From the NCBI RefSeq assembly GCF_001194135.2, contig NC_068990.1, positions 89,360,056 through 89,424,055 on the forward strand: a stretch of DNA of 64,000 nucleotides. The letters are read 5' to 3'. The position numbers were made by a program, and so were the translations under genes. The notes under the pieces were generated by a model. It worked only from the letters and a program-made list of their open reading frames with translations, did no database searches and was not told the origin of the DNA. Shown piece by piece: positions 26,435-39,660 of this stretch (its first letter is position 1; each line of letters opens with the position of its first letter). The DNA is from Octopus bimaculoides (Eukaryota).

Positions 26435-28043
26435 ATGGAGGAAACGAAGTGTGTGTCATATAGAATGATGATGCCAAATGGAATTTTACTCAACACCTGT
26501 GACAATTCTTTACCAGTCATTGACAATCCATCCCAAAATGAGCTCATTTTACCCAAAGAGACAGGGTTAGTATGTATGTATGTATGTATGTATGTATGTA
26601 TATATAAATATATATATATATATGTATGTATATGTATAATATGTTATTGTTTAGTCTCAATGTCTTTGATATCTGATCGAGATCTATGATCAAAAGGTTC
26701 CTAGCCATGATCATCACCCCTTTATGTAGGGGCCAGTATTATTTATCTAGGATGTATGATGTCTTCTTTTCAAGGCGTTAGGGGTATGATTTGATGGAGT
26801 TCTTTCTGCACTGAATTTCCCTCTGATCTTGTGTGTTTGTGGATATATAGATGTGTATAAAAATGTATGTAGATGTGTGAAAAGATGTATGCTTAGATGT
26901 GTTAAACACGTTTACATAGAGGTGTATATAAACTGTATATAAATATGTAGATGTGTGAAGATGTATGTGTATCTTTTTGGTCACCTAATCCATGTCAAGT
27001 TTGTAAAGACTTAATAATTAAAAACTACGAAATGAAATATAAAAAGTGGATCGCGATTTATTTGACATTCTTTTAGAACCCAAGCATTCATATCTTAAGA
27101 TCACCAGAAGGGTTTTAACATATTTATTAACTGAGATATGTTGTAATCTAAGAATTATGGTGAGCAGTTGTTCTTTCTCCAAGAAACCTAGTTCCGCTTA
27201 AACCAAGCATCAGTCATTGAGCTAATGTTTTCTTCTCACCACCACATTTTTATTTTTAAATATAACATATAAACATGTTCATCTTTTAGAGCATTGTCAT
27301 TTTATAAGATTTTGCAGGCAAATTTTAAAATTAACATAAACATTTATTTGCATGAAAGAAAATTACCAGAGAACTTCCATCTAATTCTTCCAAATCTTTC
27401 TGTTAAAACTATTGAAACCATTTGTGGGGAATTTTTTTTTTTTTATTACAGCAACTGGAAATATTATATTTTGTATTGTAATTACACTGAATTAGCAATT
27501 TTACAAAAAATATACATCATTTACACTGGTATTGTGTCGGTGATCAGGTCGTAGTTGTGCGACGAAATTTTTGACATTTCCTGAAATAAATTTCAAGTTA
27601 ATTTAACAGTTTTGTATGTTATCAAATGACTATCCCAAAGGCTTAGCTGCAAATGTAAATGGACAATGGCAATAAAACTTGTTCAGAAAGGTCCACACAT
27701 TCCCTAAATTAATCAAAAGAAGGAATACTACCGTTTCTCTCAAAATTAATCATATATATTCCTTTATTATATTTAATTAAGATGGATGGCTCTGACACAA
27801 CTTACATTCTGAACCCAACAGGTTGATATATATATTACTGTCTTTTCAAAAAGTATAAAGCTGAAAGTGTATTCTGGGTTGTTCATTTGTAAATGTCTAT
27901 AATTTATGTATTTATAGGGGACCCTTTTTTTACATTTTTGTTACCTGCAAAGAAAAAAGGGTTTGTTATTAATGGTGTTAGTGCTTGCAATTTTGCGAGA
28001 GACTTTTTGACGTACCGCCCACCCATCTGTGTGTGTGTGTGTA

Positions 28044-28079
<36 letters not shown>

Positions 28080-31000
28080 GTGGGTGTGGGTGTGTGAGAT
28101 TTAATTCTATTAAAGTTTCGTTTCCGATTTATTGATATTTTAACTATCTTTGTTGAAGCGAGTGCAAGTTGAAATAGATTTCAGTCTATGAAAAAACATG
28201 TGTTTGGTTTAAACAAATATAGCGTAAATTAAATTCTGCTTCGTTAGTTTCAAAACCATTGAAGAACTTTTTTTTTTTCCAAAGAAACGATTTTCTCAGA
28301 AGACCAAGTCTTGTCTACTTCAGACTTTTGATATTTTGCCAATGAGCCCTAAAACTAACCCTAACCCTGACCCTAAAACCCTAACTCTCACATCCTAGTG
28401 AAGATCGTGCGGGTGTTAATCTGAAAAATTACCGTTAATGATAAAAGTTTCTAACATTGAGAGGCCAGGGATTTTAGGGGAAGTGTCTATGCAAATCACA
28501 TCAACCTTCATTCAGTATTTGTTTGCTTTGTCGACATAAGCGATATATGAAAGATAAAAATAAGATAATGACATTCATAATATATGCAACTTAATAGTTT
28601 ATCTAGACAACTCATTCCTCTCTATTCCCCTCCACTCGTACTTTTTTTCTGTTCGCCATTTATTCACAAGACTGGAGTAAAAACCTACGAAATACTTTAT
28701 ATAACATCTATTAAGGTCTTGGTAATTGTGAATTCATGCGAAAAAAAAGTTTAAGAAACACAGAGACTGAGAATTGGAAGTAAAGAATTAACATTTTTTT
28801 AAAAAGTAATTAAATTAATGATTTGGTTGGGAAATTAATAGAAAATCATTTCTATTAGTTTCCTGATTTCTGCAACTGAAATTCTTTCTCAAACTGAGGT
28901 TTCTCTAATAAATAACAATGTTTCACTACCGTAAATATTTCTCCCTGGCACAATAACACCATATATGGCTTCTTTCCATTCTTTTATAGAATTTCAACGC
29001 ATCTCTTTTCCGACCGCTTTTCGTATGCCAAGCGATTAGTGGAGGCGAAAGGCATACCACAAGCTTCTCAGGACCGTTTGGAGGAACAACAGGCTTCCCC
29101 TTTGTCGTTCACAAGTCCCACCTTCAACCTTCCTTCTTCCCCGACTTCGATCTATTCTTCACCTTCTCCTCCAACATCAAATGTTAAAGTGAACCGGAGG
29201 AAGTCATCTGTTCCCCACAAAAGTCCAGCGAGGTTTGATCCAAATTTTCGTGGAGTAGTACTTGGATTTCATATGAAACTGGTGAATAACGAAAGCCAGT
29301 TAACCATTGAAACATTGTCTAAGTAAGTTTAATTCATTATACTTTTTCCTTCTGTTTATCAACCAATCAACAATAGTGGGATTGAATTAATGAAAACAAA
29401 TTAATTGAATTAAAACTATTACAGCTGATTTCTTTGCTTGTTTCGCTAGTCTAACTTCTTACCATATTGTCACAATGGCTCCATGTGGCCAATTACCACA
29501 GAAATATAGCTGCTTTTTTTTTTTTTTTTTTTTTTTTTTTCCGAATAAAATATAGCTTACCTGTTTTTTCTTCGTTCGTTGTGTTTTCTCCTTCAATATT
29601 TTTTCGTAATGGTTTAAGGTATGAACTGGCAGAATCGTTAGCACGCCTGGACCACTGGAATCGGCCATGACTAATATTCTCAATAACTTATTGGAATTTT
29701 CTCCGTCTGTAATCTGATTGCAGCCATTTTATTTTAGTTCAGCTTCTGATCTAATGTTAAGGCAAATCATCAATATAGCTTTTATACAATTGAGATTTTG
29801 CTACGTCTAACAAATCAATATGTAAAAATGGATACAAATGTTTTCTAAAAAATTTTTTACACTCGTTGAACATTATATAGTTTAATAGGCACATTAACGT
29901 TGCCACACACACAGGTTCAGTTTTAAGACTGGCTTCTGCATTATGTCCTAGAACAAGGTGCTTCAGGCTACTTAGCTCAAAATGGATACCAGTCTACTAA
30001 TGGTACACCCCTTTCTTCCTCCTGTTTTCACGGCCTTGCAGGGACAAAGCAGCAGGGTCAAGAGAGCATCTTTGTCTAGCTTTACCTTCCAGTCTCCTTT
30101 ACCTAAGATTTTCTGTTTTAATTCTACACCAAATTTACTTCCAATATTCTGCTGACCCCAAACTCTACTTTATTAATATCATTTTCTGTCATTGTCTCCT
30201 TTTCTTTCCCCTCCTCTTCCCTCACAGACTACTGATTTGGTATATCAACTACACCTCTTTTAGTCTAACAATAGTAATCGGTCCTTGTATATATCTAGAC
30301 ACCTGCTATGAGGCTGAAAAGTTCTTGTGGGATGTAACCAAATGAGGATTCTTCCATTGGTATTTCATGGCTTGGATTCAAATTAGTGAAGAAATTTCAA
30401 CAGCAGATGTCATCAGCATTGTGATGCTGTTTTCTAACCAAGTGTTTTTTTTTCATGTTGGGGAACAGATGATAGTCCAATGGGGCCAGATCAGGAGAAT
30501 AAGGAGGGAGATCAACTAGTTGAAAGCCACAGTCAAGCACAACAGACATTGAAAACAAAGACTTGTGTACTTGCGCATTGTCCAGATGAAACAAAACTCC
30601 TTTCGTAAGTTTCCCTGGGCATATGGTTTTGATAACCTTTTGTTACTGCCTCACCAAGTTGGCACAGTACCCTCCATTAATGGCATGGCTCTGTTGGAGA
30701 TGGTCAATAAACACAATGCCTTTTGCATCTCATAAAAACTGATGCCATTGCTTTCCCTTTCGATGAAACGACCTTCAGAAACAGAGACAATCCTTCCGAA
30801 GAAGGCAAAGGTCGTTTCACCTATGCACTATACCATCGCATCACTTCTCCCCATCACGCTCTCTGTTAGTCTCTCACTCCTTTCTATTCACAATCCTCAC
30901 AGTTTCCCCTCATCATGGTCTCATTCCAATCAGTCTCTTCCCCATTATACTCTCATCCCCACAATCTGCTATTCGTCCTCTTGGTCATGTTTCCTTGAGC

Positions 31001-34000
31001 AAACAGACTCTGTAGGGTAGTGATGATTCTTTCATCTTGTGGATCACAAAACAAACTCAATATCATGGTGGTACCTTGATAAAATACGCCCAGTATACAA
31101 ATGGTTAGCAAATCAGTGGAAACAATACAGTATTAAGAGGACCATTCTTCTCTTTCTCTGTAAACAGTTGCCTCTCTAATGCTTATACAATGATAAAATG
31201 CATCAAGTATATTTTGTAAAGTGCTTGATGTTAGGAACTTCATCCACTATCAAAAATAGAATGCTTTAAGGGAGAGAGAAAGAAATAGAGTAGCAAAAGT
31301 GAGAGTAATGTCAACAAGTGATAAAAGAGGAATGAGAAACAGATGAATACCAAAGAAGATGGGTGATGGTAAGAGAGTAGTTTGATGGTTGTCAGTAATG
31401 AGTGATAGGAGGAAACAGTCATGGAAATGATTTGCAATAAAGGAGGGGATTGAATATAGGCAGATCCAATGTGATATTATCCTTTGTGCAGGCAGCATGA
31501 TGGGAGAGAGAGAGAGAGAGAGTTATACTAGAGAGGCAGTGATAGATGAGAGTAACAAAGAGGGAGATTTAATATGAATGCAAAGGTTGATAGTCATGGT
31601 TGTAGATACACAGCCTGATTTCTATTACAGCTGTCACAGATAGCAGGTCCGTCTGTTCTTGTGCTGTTAACTATTTTTTTCAGATCATTATTTCCTTTGC
31701 TAATTATGTTTCTTGGTTAATAGAAGCTATGAATTATTTAGAGCAATAAAATAGCTTAGGTTGGTGTGTGTGTGTGTATATATGTATATATCTATATTGT
31801 TTGTCTGATATATTCCTGTTGTATATGATGTGCATATACCCTTTCTTTGTTTAACACAACCGCATGGCTAGTCCAGGCTCACAGAACGAAGTTCTTGTGA
31901 TGACATGGTGCAATAACACATTCTGTACTTCCTTACATTTCTAAAGATAAAGCTCACTGGCCACTGTTCCCTTCTCTTCTCTAACATCTGTGCTCTCCAA
32001 TCCAACTTGGCCCCTATATACTATTTCCTACTAACATGCAAACTGCACATCCTCTTCCCATCTGTGATGTGACACTTTCAACAATAGTATACCTGTGGTG
32101 TATCTGTTAAATTCCTTCCCCTCTCCACTGGCTACCACTTTTGAAACCTTGTGAACTCACCTGCCTACCCGCCCTCTCCAATCCCTAGTCTGCTCCACTA
32201 TATACCACCCTGTAACTTGGGTGTACAGCCCCTAATCACCTTTCTCTCACATCTTCACCATCTTTCTCTCCTATCTTTCTCCTCCATCTGAGGAAGCCAT
32301 GTCTCTGTTCCAATGCAAGTACCCTTTCTGTCCTACTACTCTCTGTCCCAGTTGAGGGGATCATCGTGACCTCACTGCTGCTGGTGCCACATAAAAATCA
32401 TCCATTCCACACTCTTTAATGTAGTTGGCATTAGGAAGTGCGGCAGTCAGCCACAGAAACCATGCCAAAGCAGACAGCAGAGCTTGGTGTAGATTTTTGA
32501 CTTGCCAGTTCCTGCCAAACCATCCTACCCATTCCAGCAAGGAAAATGGATGTTCATTAATGATGGTTATGACCTTTTGATTCTTTTAAATGTTTTCTGA
32601 CATATTTTCAACAACTAGAAACTGCTTGTTTGTTTGCTTAATTTCCATAATAATCACTAATTTCAAACAATTTAGTCTATCAACTGATTTATTTGCTGTT
32701 TGGAATACAATTTAATATATACTGTGTAATTTTTTGTATAACAATGGTGATTCAATTAAGATTTTGATTTGAAAACGAAGAATGTAAGAGATTTGGTTTC
32801 AATTGGTTTGTTATTAAAAGAAATTAATGATTTATTTATTGATAATTATGTGTTATATTTGAACTTTAGGAACTTCAAAGAAAAGCAGTTACATCGAAAA
32901 GAAAAAACTGTTAATCACTCAGATACATTGAGTGGTTCCGAGATGGAGAACTCCCCAAAAAGTATTTCTGAACCTATACATACCGAATCCTGTGAGCATC
33001 ATAGTAAGTAGAGCAACTTTGTTGGACTTAGTCATTTCCAAATCCCTGAATCTTCATATATAACTCAATGTGTAGTTTAATTTTACTAATGGCATTTGTT
33101 GAACAAATAATGTTTTACTAGCAGGACTTGTGGAAATTCCATGATATAAGTCAACACATCTGAAAACATTATGTCAGTATATTAAACACAAGCAAGGAGT
33201 TCCAAAAACATTCATTTCATATCCTGTCATTTAATCAAAGCGGTGCTTTTAAATATAATTGAAGGAATAAACATGAGCTTACTCACTGAGTTAGATACAA
33301 ATGGGACTATATTACAAACCTTCCACATTACAAATGGGACTATACAAACTGTATGTACAGAAAAAAAAACGAACTAATTTAAATATTTACATTATTTACA
33401 TTTGACGGATATTTGTCCTCATCTTTTTTGTTGTTAACACAACGTTTCGGCTGATATACCCTCCAGCCTTCGTCAGGTGTCTTGGGGAAATTTCGAACCT
33501 GGGTTCTCATTCCTAACGATGTTACTATTATTATATTATTATTATTACTATTACGGTATTGAGGAAGGATAGAAAAATAATAGATTTATAAGCCTTAAAA
33601 TTCACCCCATAATTGCCCACGGGCATATGGCGTGGTTATGAGCGCGGGCTACTAACCCCAAGGTTCCGAGTTCGATTCATGGCAGCGACCTAATTAATAA
33701 TAGTAATAATAATAATAATATAATAATAGTAACATCGTAAGGAATGAGAACCGAGGTTCGAAATTTCCCCAAGACCCCTGACGAAGGCTGGAGGGTATAT
33801 CAGCCGAAACGTTGTGTTAACAACAAAAAAGATGAGGACAAATATCTGTCAAATGTAAATAATTCCTCATCTCTTAAATATAGAACTGTAATTTAAATAT
33901 GTATGAAATAGGCATTATGTGATCACGGAAAATACTTTACAAGGTATATATGAACTGACTGTAATATGAATGGCATACATATGCAGGAGATTAATAAAAC

Positions 34001-35432
34001 TCTAGATTTACTCTGTCAGCACTTCATTATACACAATGTTTTTTGTAAGAATTTGTTTTCTTGTTTGTCTTGTCTGTTGGTCTCAACAACTCTTACTGTC
34101 ACATTAGATAGTTTCCCGATCCTAGCAAATGCCACATATAATTACCCATGGCTGAACACAGGATGTGGCAAATATATTCCAATATTGTTAAATGTCTGTC
34201 CCTGTGCCTTATTTATTGTCAGTGAGTAGGACAGCCTTACAGGAAACAGAACTCCTTTACAAAATGAAAGGAAGGTTGGAATCATCTGCAGCCAGTATCA
34301 TGCAAGGTATTAGGAAATGCATTCCTTCTTGTGCACTTGTCATTGAAGTGGCTTCAATGTAATTATTGTGGAGGCTGACACATTCTACATGTAGCACATG
34401 CTTATTTTTTGTAAAAATAATCTTTTCCGTTCTTTCTCTTTTTAGCTAATGTCATCTGTCATTGTCCTTATTTTATAAACAAATGTTTCAATTGAACTGC
34501 ACCTTGTATTAACTTATCTTTGCAGTCAAAGTGTGTGAATCATGTAAAACAAAGAAAACTCCTTTGTGGCGAGAGGCTGAAGATGGGACACCATTGTGTA
34601 ATGCTTGTGGGATCAGGTATGTCTATACTTGAAGTTCTTTTACTCATTTCATTTCTGTTATTGATCTGTGATCAGGCTGGGGCATCATCTTGAAGGGGTT
34701 CATTCGTCAAATTGACCTCAGTACTTTTGGTAAGCCAGGAGTTATTCTATTGGTGTCTTTTCACTCATACAGCATACCTCTGCATGTTCTATCTACAAAA
34801 TTCACCCACAAGACATTGGTCAGCCTGCGCCTATAGTAGAAGACACTTTCTATCAAAGTACTGTAGAATGGGACTGAACCTGAAATCATGTGGTTGCAAA
34901 GTGAACTTCTTAACCACATCGCCAGGCCTGCACCTAGACAATGGTTACAGACCTTTCAGTGCTGATAACATTCTTTCTTTATTGTTAACATCATCCAGCT
35001 TTAGAAACCATGCCAAAGCATATACTGGAGCCTGATGCAGTTTCTGAGACCACTGAATCCTGTCAAGCTGATTTATGCTAGCATAGAACCGGTATCTGTT
35101 TAAGTAACTAACCAACTGACAAGGTGGGAGTGTCTGTCCATGATACAAATATTTGTGGATTTTTCTGGGGAGGGAATTTTCAAAGGAGAAAATAGCCCGT
35201 GGATCGAGATGGAAGGAAAAAGTGAGTTAAGGTCTCTAGAAGACATGCTACTCCTCATAGTTGAAAACCATGAGAGTAGAATTAAACATCTTTCCTGGAA
35301 ACACACTGAAAATATCTACAGTGGAATGTGACCTCGTAGTCTGTTTATAGTCAGATAAATTATTTTGTTTGTTGCATCTTGATATAAAGTAAAAAGATAT
35401 ACAGGGTGGGGCAGAAAGGACGAATGTTCTTT

Positions 35433-35477
<45 letters not shown>

Positions 35478-35478
35478 A

Positions 35479-35519
<41 letters not shown>

Positions 35520-35540
35520 ATCTCTCTCTANNNNNNNNNN

Positions 35541-35615
<75 letters not shown>

Positions 35616-36442
35616 GACCAGCTCATTTCCAGGTTTGCTGACTTTCCTTGGCCCTCTTAGTCCCCTTATTTGTCCAGGTGTGATTGTTTCTTGTGCGGGG
35701 AAACCTCAAAGCATGTGTGTATATACATTGGATGATTTGAAGGAAGCTATTCATGTGGAAGTCGCTCAAATCGACAGAGCAACGCTGGAGAGAGTGGATG
35801 CCTTCAGAAATGCATCAATGAAACTGGACACCACATGATGAATATTGTTTTACACACTTGATTTTGATGTCAAAATTTGTTTGCAGCTAAAATTAATGAT
35901 TTTTGTGAATCTTTCAAAAAACGTCCATCCTCTCTGCCTCAGCTTGTATAACTGTTATGTCTCAAGCTACTGCTATCTAGCACCTTAGGATGACCGCTAC
36001 ACAACTGCTACTTAACACTCCTACCACGGCCAGACTACCTCTATTTATGTCTTGGGAGATCCTACTTCTTTGCCTGGGGGCGTCAAGGCAACAATAACAA
36101 AAGAAAACAAGCAAATTTAAGGTTCTTCATTCTCAATCTCTCAGTCCATTAAGAAAATGTTTTATTGATAATGTAGTGTCACTTTGGTATTGCAATGCTT
36201 ATTGTCAATGTGTATTGTTTTTCTTCTTTAAAACGGTTCATTAAGAAATTTTTCAACAATGCTTTCTAAACAAGTTTTATATATTTTTAGTTTTGTGTCT
36301 TTTCCATATTTTTTACAGGTACAAAAAATACAGAATTCGTTGCAGTGAATGTTGGCACGTTCCCAAAAAGGATGACAAGACCTACCCCAAGTGTCTTCGC
36401 TGTGATTCAATGTTGCGATTTACAACGAACCGAAGAAACTAA
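26435..36442 (+). CDS. ZGLP1: ZGLP1-like GATA-type zinc-finger protein, about 270 aa, 5 coding exons
   Basis: Exons 26435-26565 (ATG chosen as first in-frame; start uncertain), 28990-29322, 32870-33003, 34526-34616, 36319-36442, phases 2,2,1,2. It contains [28 protein letters not shown] (ZGLP1-type DPxFxGV motif) and [58 protein letters not shown]: a single GATA finger followed by the ZGLP1-type CxxC..CxxC unit. Confidence 0.9.
30305..30815 (-). mobile_element. Mariner transposase remnant with one terminal repeat
   Basis: [48 protein letters not shown]; TIR-like tatgaggctgaaaagtt at about 30306. Same family as 7020-7255. Confidence 0.85.
33436..33481 (-). ncRNA. Minimal type I hammerhead ribozyme motif (intact)
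   Basis: RNA: GACAC CUGACGA A GGCUG-(10-nt loop)-CAGCC GAAA CGUU^GUGUU. Conserved core, 5-bp stem II, palindromic AACGUU stem III, and stem I GACAC/GUGUU. Confidence 0.75.
33773..33818 (+). ncRNA. Minimal type I hammerhead ribozyme motif (one stem I mismatch)
   Basis: GACCC CUGACGA A GGCUG..CAGCC GAAA CGUU^GUGUU; same as the minus copy except A>C at 33776, creating a C-U mismatch in stem I. Confidence 0.65.
35424..35612. repeat. (CT)n/(CTAT)n microsatellite with a 10-N gap
   Basis: Direct observation. Confidence 0.95.
35955..36088. repeat. Unclassified about 135-bp interspersed repeat (second copy at about 49425-49560)
   Basis: Both copies share gctactgctatctagcacctt..gtcttgggagatcctacttcttt.cctggggg in the same orientation. 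Confidence 0.75.
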
Positions 36443-37491
36443 ATCATTTACTTGTAAAAGATACTTTAATATGACAACTGCTTTACTTGCCACTTCAATA
36501 AAAAAATTGTACACAAGTCTGTCTGGTAAATATGCTACTAGGATAAGATATATATTCCAACTTTGTTTCTGAAAGTGAAGGGCAGAAAATAATGATTTAC
36601 ATAATTGCCAGAAAATAAAGCTGCTGAGATTATTTTACCTGCTCCAGGAACAAATATTTCCATTCAACATCGGGTGTAACATATATATATATATATANNN
36701 NNNNNNNNNNNNNNNNNNNNNNNNNNNNNNNNNNNNNNNNNNNNNNNNATAAGTTTTTAAAATTAAGCACCTTTTGTTCAAATTCCAGCTTATGGTGGTA
36801 GCAATGGCTAATTCAGTAGAATGGCAGACAGAATTTGTTACATTTCATCCTCTCAGTTTTGGGTTCAAGAACTGTCAGGATCAGCATTGTTTTCTGTCCA
36901 TTCAGATGTTTGATTGAACAATTAGTAATCAGATATTTGGGTGGACAAATCCATTCATCTTTCTAATATATCCCACTCTACCAATTTTTTTTGCCAACAT
37001 CAGTGTGATGTTTCATTCAGAGCAGGAGCAAACTGTTGCAAGTGTAGAGTAGTGGACTAAATATCTTAGAATATTTAGTTTCATCTCCTTTCATCCTTAA
37101 TTCAAATCCTATTGGAATTGACTAAACCTTTTCTCTACCCACGATTGATGGGTATTAATATACTGGGATTGATTCAGTCAGTTCTATCCCTTCTTTACAA
37201 ACACTGGCCTTGTAAAGACTTAAAAGCCATTATTATGTTGTAAAGTTTATAATACCTCAGACTTCTAGTCTTTTGAATTTGGTATGTATTTTGCCATATT
37301 TCTTATAAAGAATAAGAAAGAATTTTAATTCTGTCTTTGTTATAGTTTAACAATTTTTTTTTCTCAGGATTTTATTTTATTATGGATTTATGTTTTTATT
37401 TTTGAAGCTGATAACTTCAACAGGGAATTACTTAAGTACTTGAGCTTTGCATCTCTACTTTGTAAATTCAGATGCACTTCGACTCTGTCTG

Positions 37492-37531
<40 letters not shown>

Positions 37532-37629
37532 TACTTCTGAATATTCTGACATCAATATAAAAAATCTTTTTGTTGCACCCAAGGGTACACCAAATACTCC
37601 CATTTAAAAATTGTAATTTATGTTATGTG

Positions 37630-37669
<40 letters not shown>

Positions 37670-38141
37670 GTGTGTGTTTTAAAACAAGGGTATATGAAAA
37701 ATCTTAATACAAACAATTAAAATTGAAGTTTACTGTCAATGAATTGTGTGACTTATTGCGGAATCTTAGGAAATTTATGTATTTATTACTTTATTGGAAC
37801 TCTGTATATTTGAAATATTGTCTCTGGGGTCATTGATGGACATATCTAGAAACCACATTTTTATTTATTTTTTCCTTCATGCAGGACATGATTTGTTTAT
37901 TTTTTTTTCTCACTTCACTCTCAAAGTGATAAAACCTTATTTCCTTTAACACTTGAAATCTCAGTTCAAAAAAGAATCTGTTATCCTTACAAAATTTCAA
38001 TATAATTTCGATTGCAAAATACCAAATTGGTATCTAAAGACAAAAAAGTTAAAAGAAATAATCACTTAATTAAACCATTTCTTTCAAATACATTTAAGTT
38101 TGGGAACAAATCTGAGATTAAAAGTATAATTTATCTCATTT

Positions 38142-38174
<33 letters not shown>

Positions 38175-38399
38175 CCAAATGTATAAAGAAAAAACCCCTT
38201 TCAATTTGGAGAATAAATATACCCCAAATCCAAGAAGTGGTGTACATACTTTATTTGTTCCCTTTCTTAATTCATTAGAAAACAGTAAATATTTTGATGT
38301 ATTTAATAAAATAAATACCAATTGTTTCCAATTTGTTTTTTTTATCTGTTCACAAAGATGACATTGTTCTAAAGCACTAAGGTGTTTTATACCAAGCAT

Positions 38400-39116
38400 C
38401 GTCCATGTTTAATAGGTCAAAGATATTTCTTTGTGCCTTCACTCCAATAACAGTGTTTGTCATCATATTCTCAAGGATGGCAGAAAATTACTGAAGGTGT
38501 GCATTGGCGGCAAATAACCAAAGAAATGTGACTGAAAATATAGTTAGAATGATGGAAAGTCAAGATGATCATCATGATGTTTGTATCCTCATAATCACTG
38601 CCCCATTTACCATTCTCCCAAGCACACCCTGTAAAATTCAAGAAAGGATGAGCTTAACGTCACCTACCCATACATTAATCTATCCAAATTACAATATCGA
38701 TTCAGACCACTGCATTCAACCTCATCACTCTATTCATAAACTCAATGCAGAATACATGATGGCTTCTACAATTAAAAAAAACCCCTCCCACATTTACCAT
38801 TCTAATTTCCATTAACAATGCTTTCAACCCCCTATGTGAGGAGAAATGTTGGCTAATTTCAAGAAGTATGGAATTCTTGAAGGATGCAGTGTCCTGATGG
38901 CTAACAATCACTGTCAGTTTATTCCATGCTTCAACAATTTGGAGCATGAGTCATGGGTACTGCACAGATAGTTGAGTTTATAAGCATGTCTGCAGCTGGT
39001 AGAGATGTTGGATTGAAAAAAAGTGACTATTTTAATGGAAAATTCAGAGTTCTTCTAAAAAGCCACACATTAAGGGCCCCAAGGGCTGTAGGTTTCCCAC
39101 TCCTGATTTACACTTA
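38400..39116 (-). mobile_element. Possible hAT (Charlie-like) element remnant
   Basis: Minus terminus caggagtgggaaacctacagccc..ggggccc..tgtggc resembles hAT CAGGGGTGGGCAACCT ends. The inner boundary is a guess and no transposase motif was resolved. Confidence 0.3.
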
Positions 39117-39269
39117 CAAATATGACAAGCTAACGAAGGGGTCTTAGTATGGTTGCTTGAATATTTAGAAATAGCAGTCAAATCTTTCTTAAACTATCAT
39201 CATTTACATTTACTTTTCCATGCTGGCAAGAGTTGGCAGGTTATATGACTGGATGCTTCTGGAAGGGTG

Positions 39270-39660
39270 CTGCTATGTTTATTCAGACATCCTAGACCAC
39301 ATTCAGAAAAGGGCCATCCAACTGATTGGTATGAGGTCACTCACAGACACATCTCCCACCTCAGGCCTACTGGTGAGCTCTTCCTCTCTCTGATTTTTGT
39401 ATGGTACTATAATGTCATCTGCTCCTCAGAGCCAGCTGGGGTCATTCTACCTCACTCATATTCTGACCCTATTTGCCTCTTGTCCTCTCCCCTACTCAGG
39501 GCCTACATCAAGTGTTACCTTTTTAAAACCTTGAACCCTCTGGGATTCCCTCCCTGTTCATGATCTTCCTCACAGATATTGGCTTGCAATGGTTCAAGTG
39601 GAATATTAACAACATCAATATCGCAGGTCATGCAGGGCCTGTGAAGGCCTTGGGAACTGC
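39270..39660 (+). mobile_element. Decayed CR1-group LINE 3' fragment
   Basis: DILDHIQKRAIQLIG followed by a SLSL.F..YYN..CSSE-like segment; homologous to 63480-63690. Confidence 0.5.

Larger units (their letters stand above)
33387..33888. mobile_element. Penelope-type non-autonomous retroelement with inverted terminal copies, tRNA-like head and hammerhead motifs
   Basis: 140-bp inverted repeats 33391-33530 / 33724-33863 (4 mismatches). 12-bp TSD TAATTTAAATAT at 33375-33386 and 33889-33900. tRNA-like segment 33625-33690. Confidence 0.8.

Noticed and set aside
33625-33690. Functional tRNA gene
   Set aside because: The D-arm is shortened and there is no proper acceptor stem; it is the head of the retroelement.
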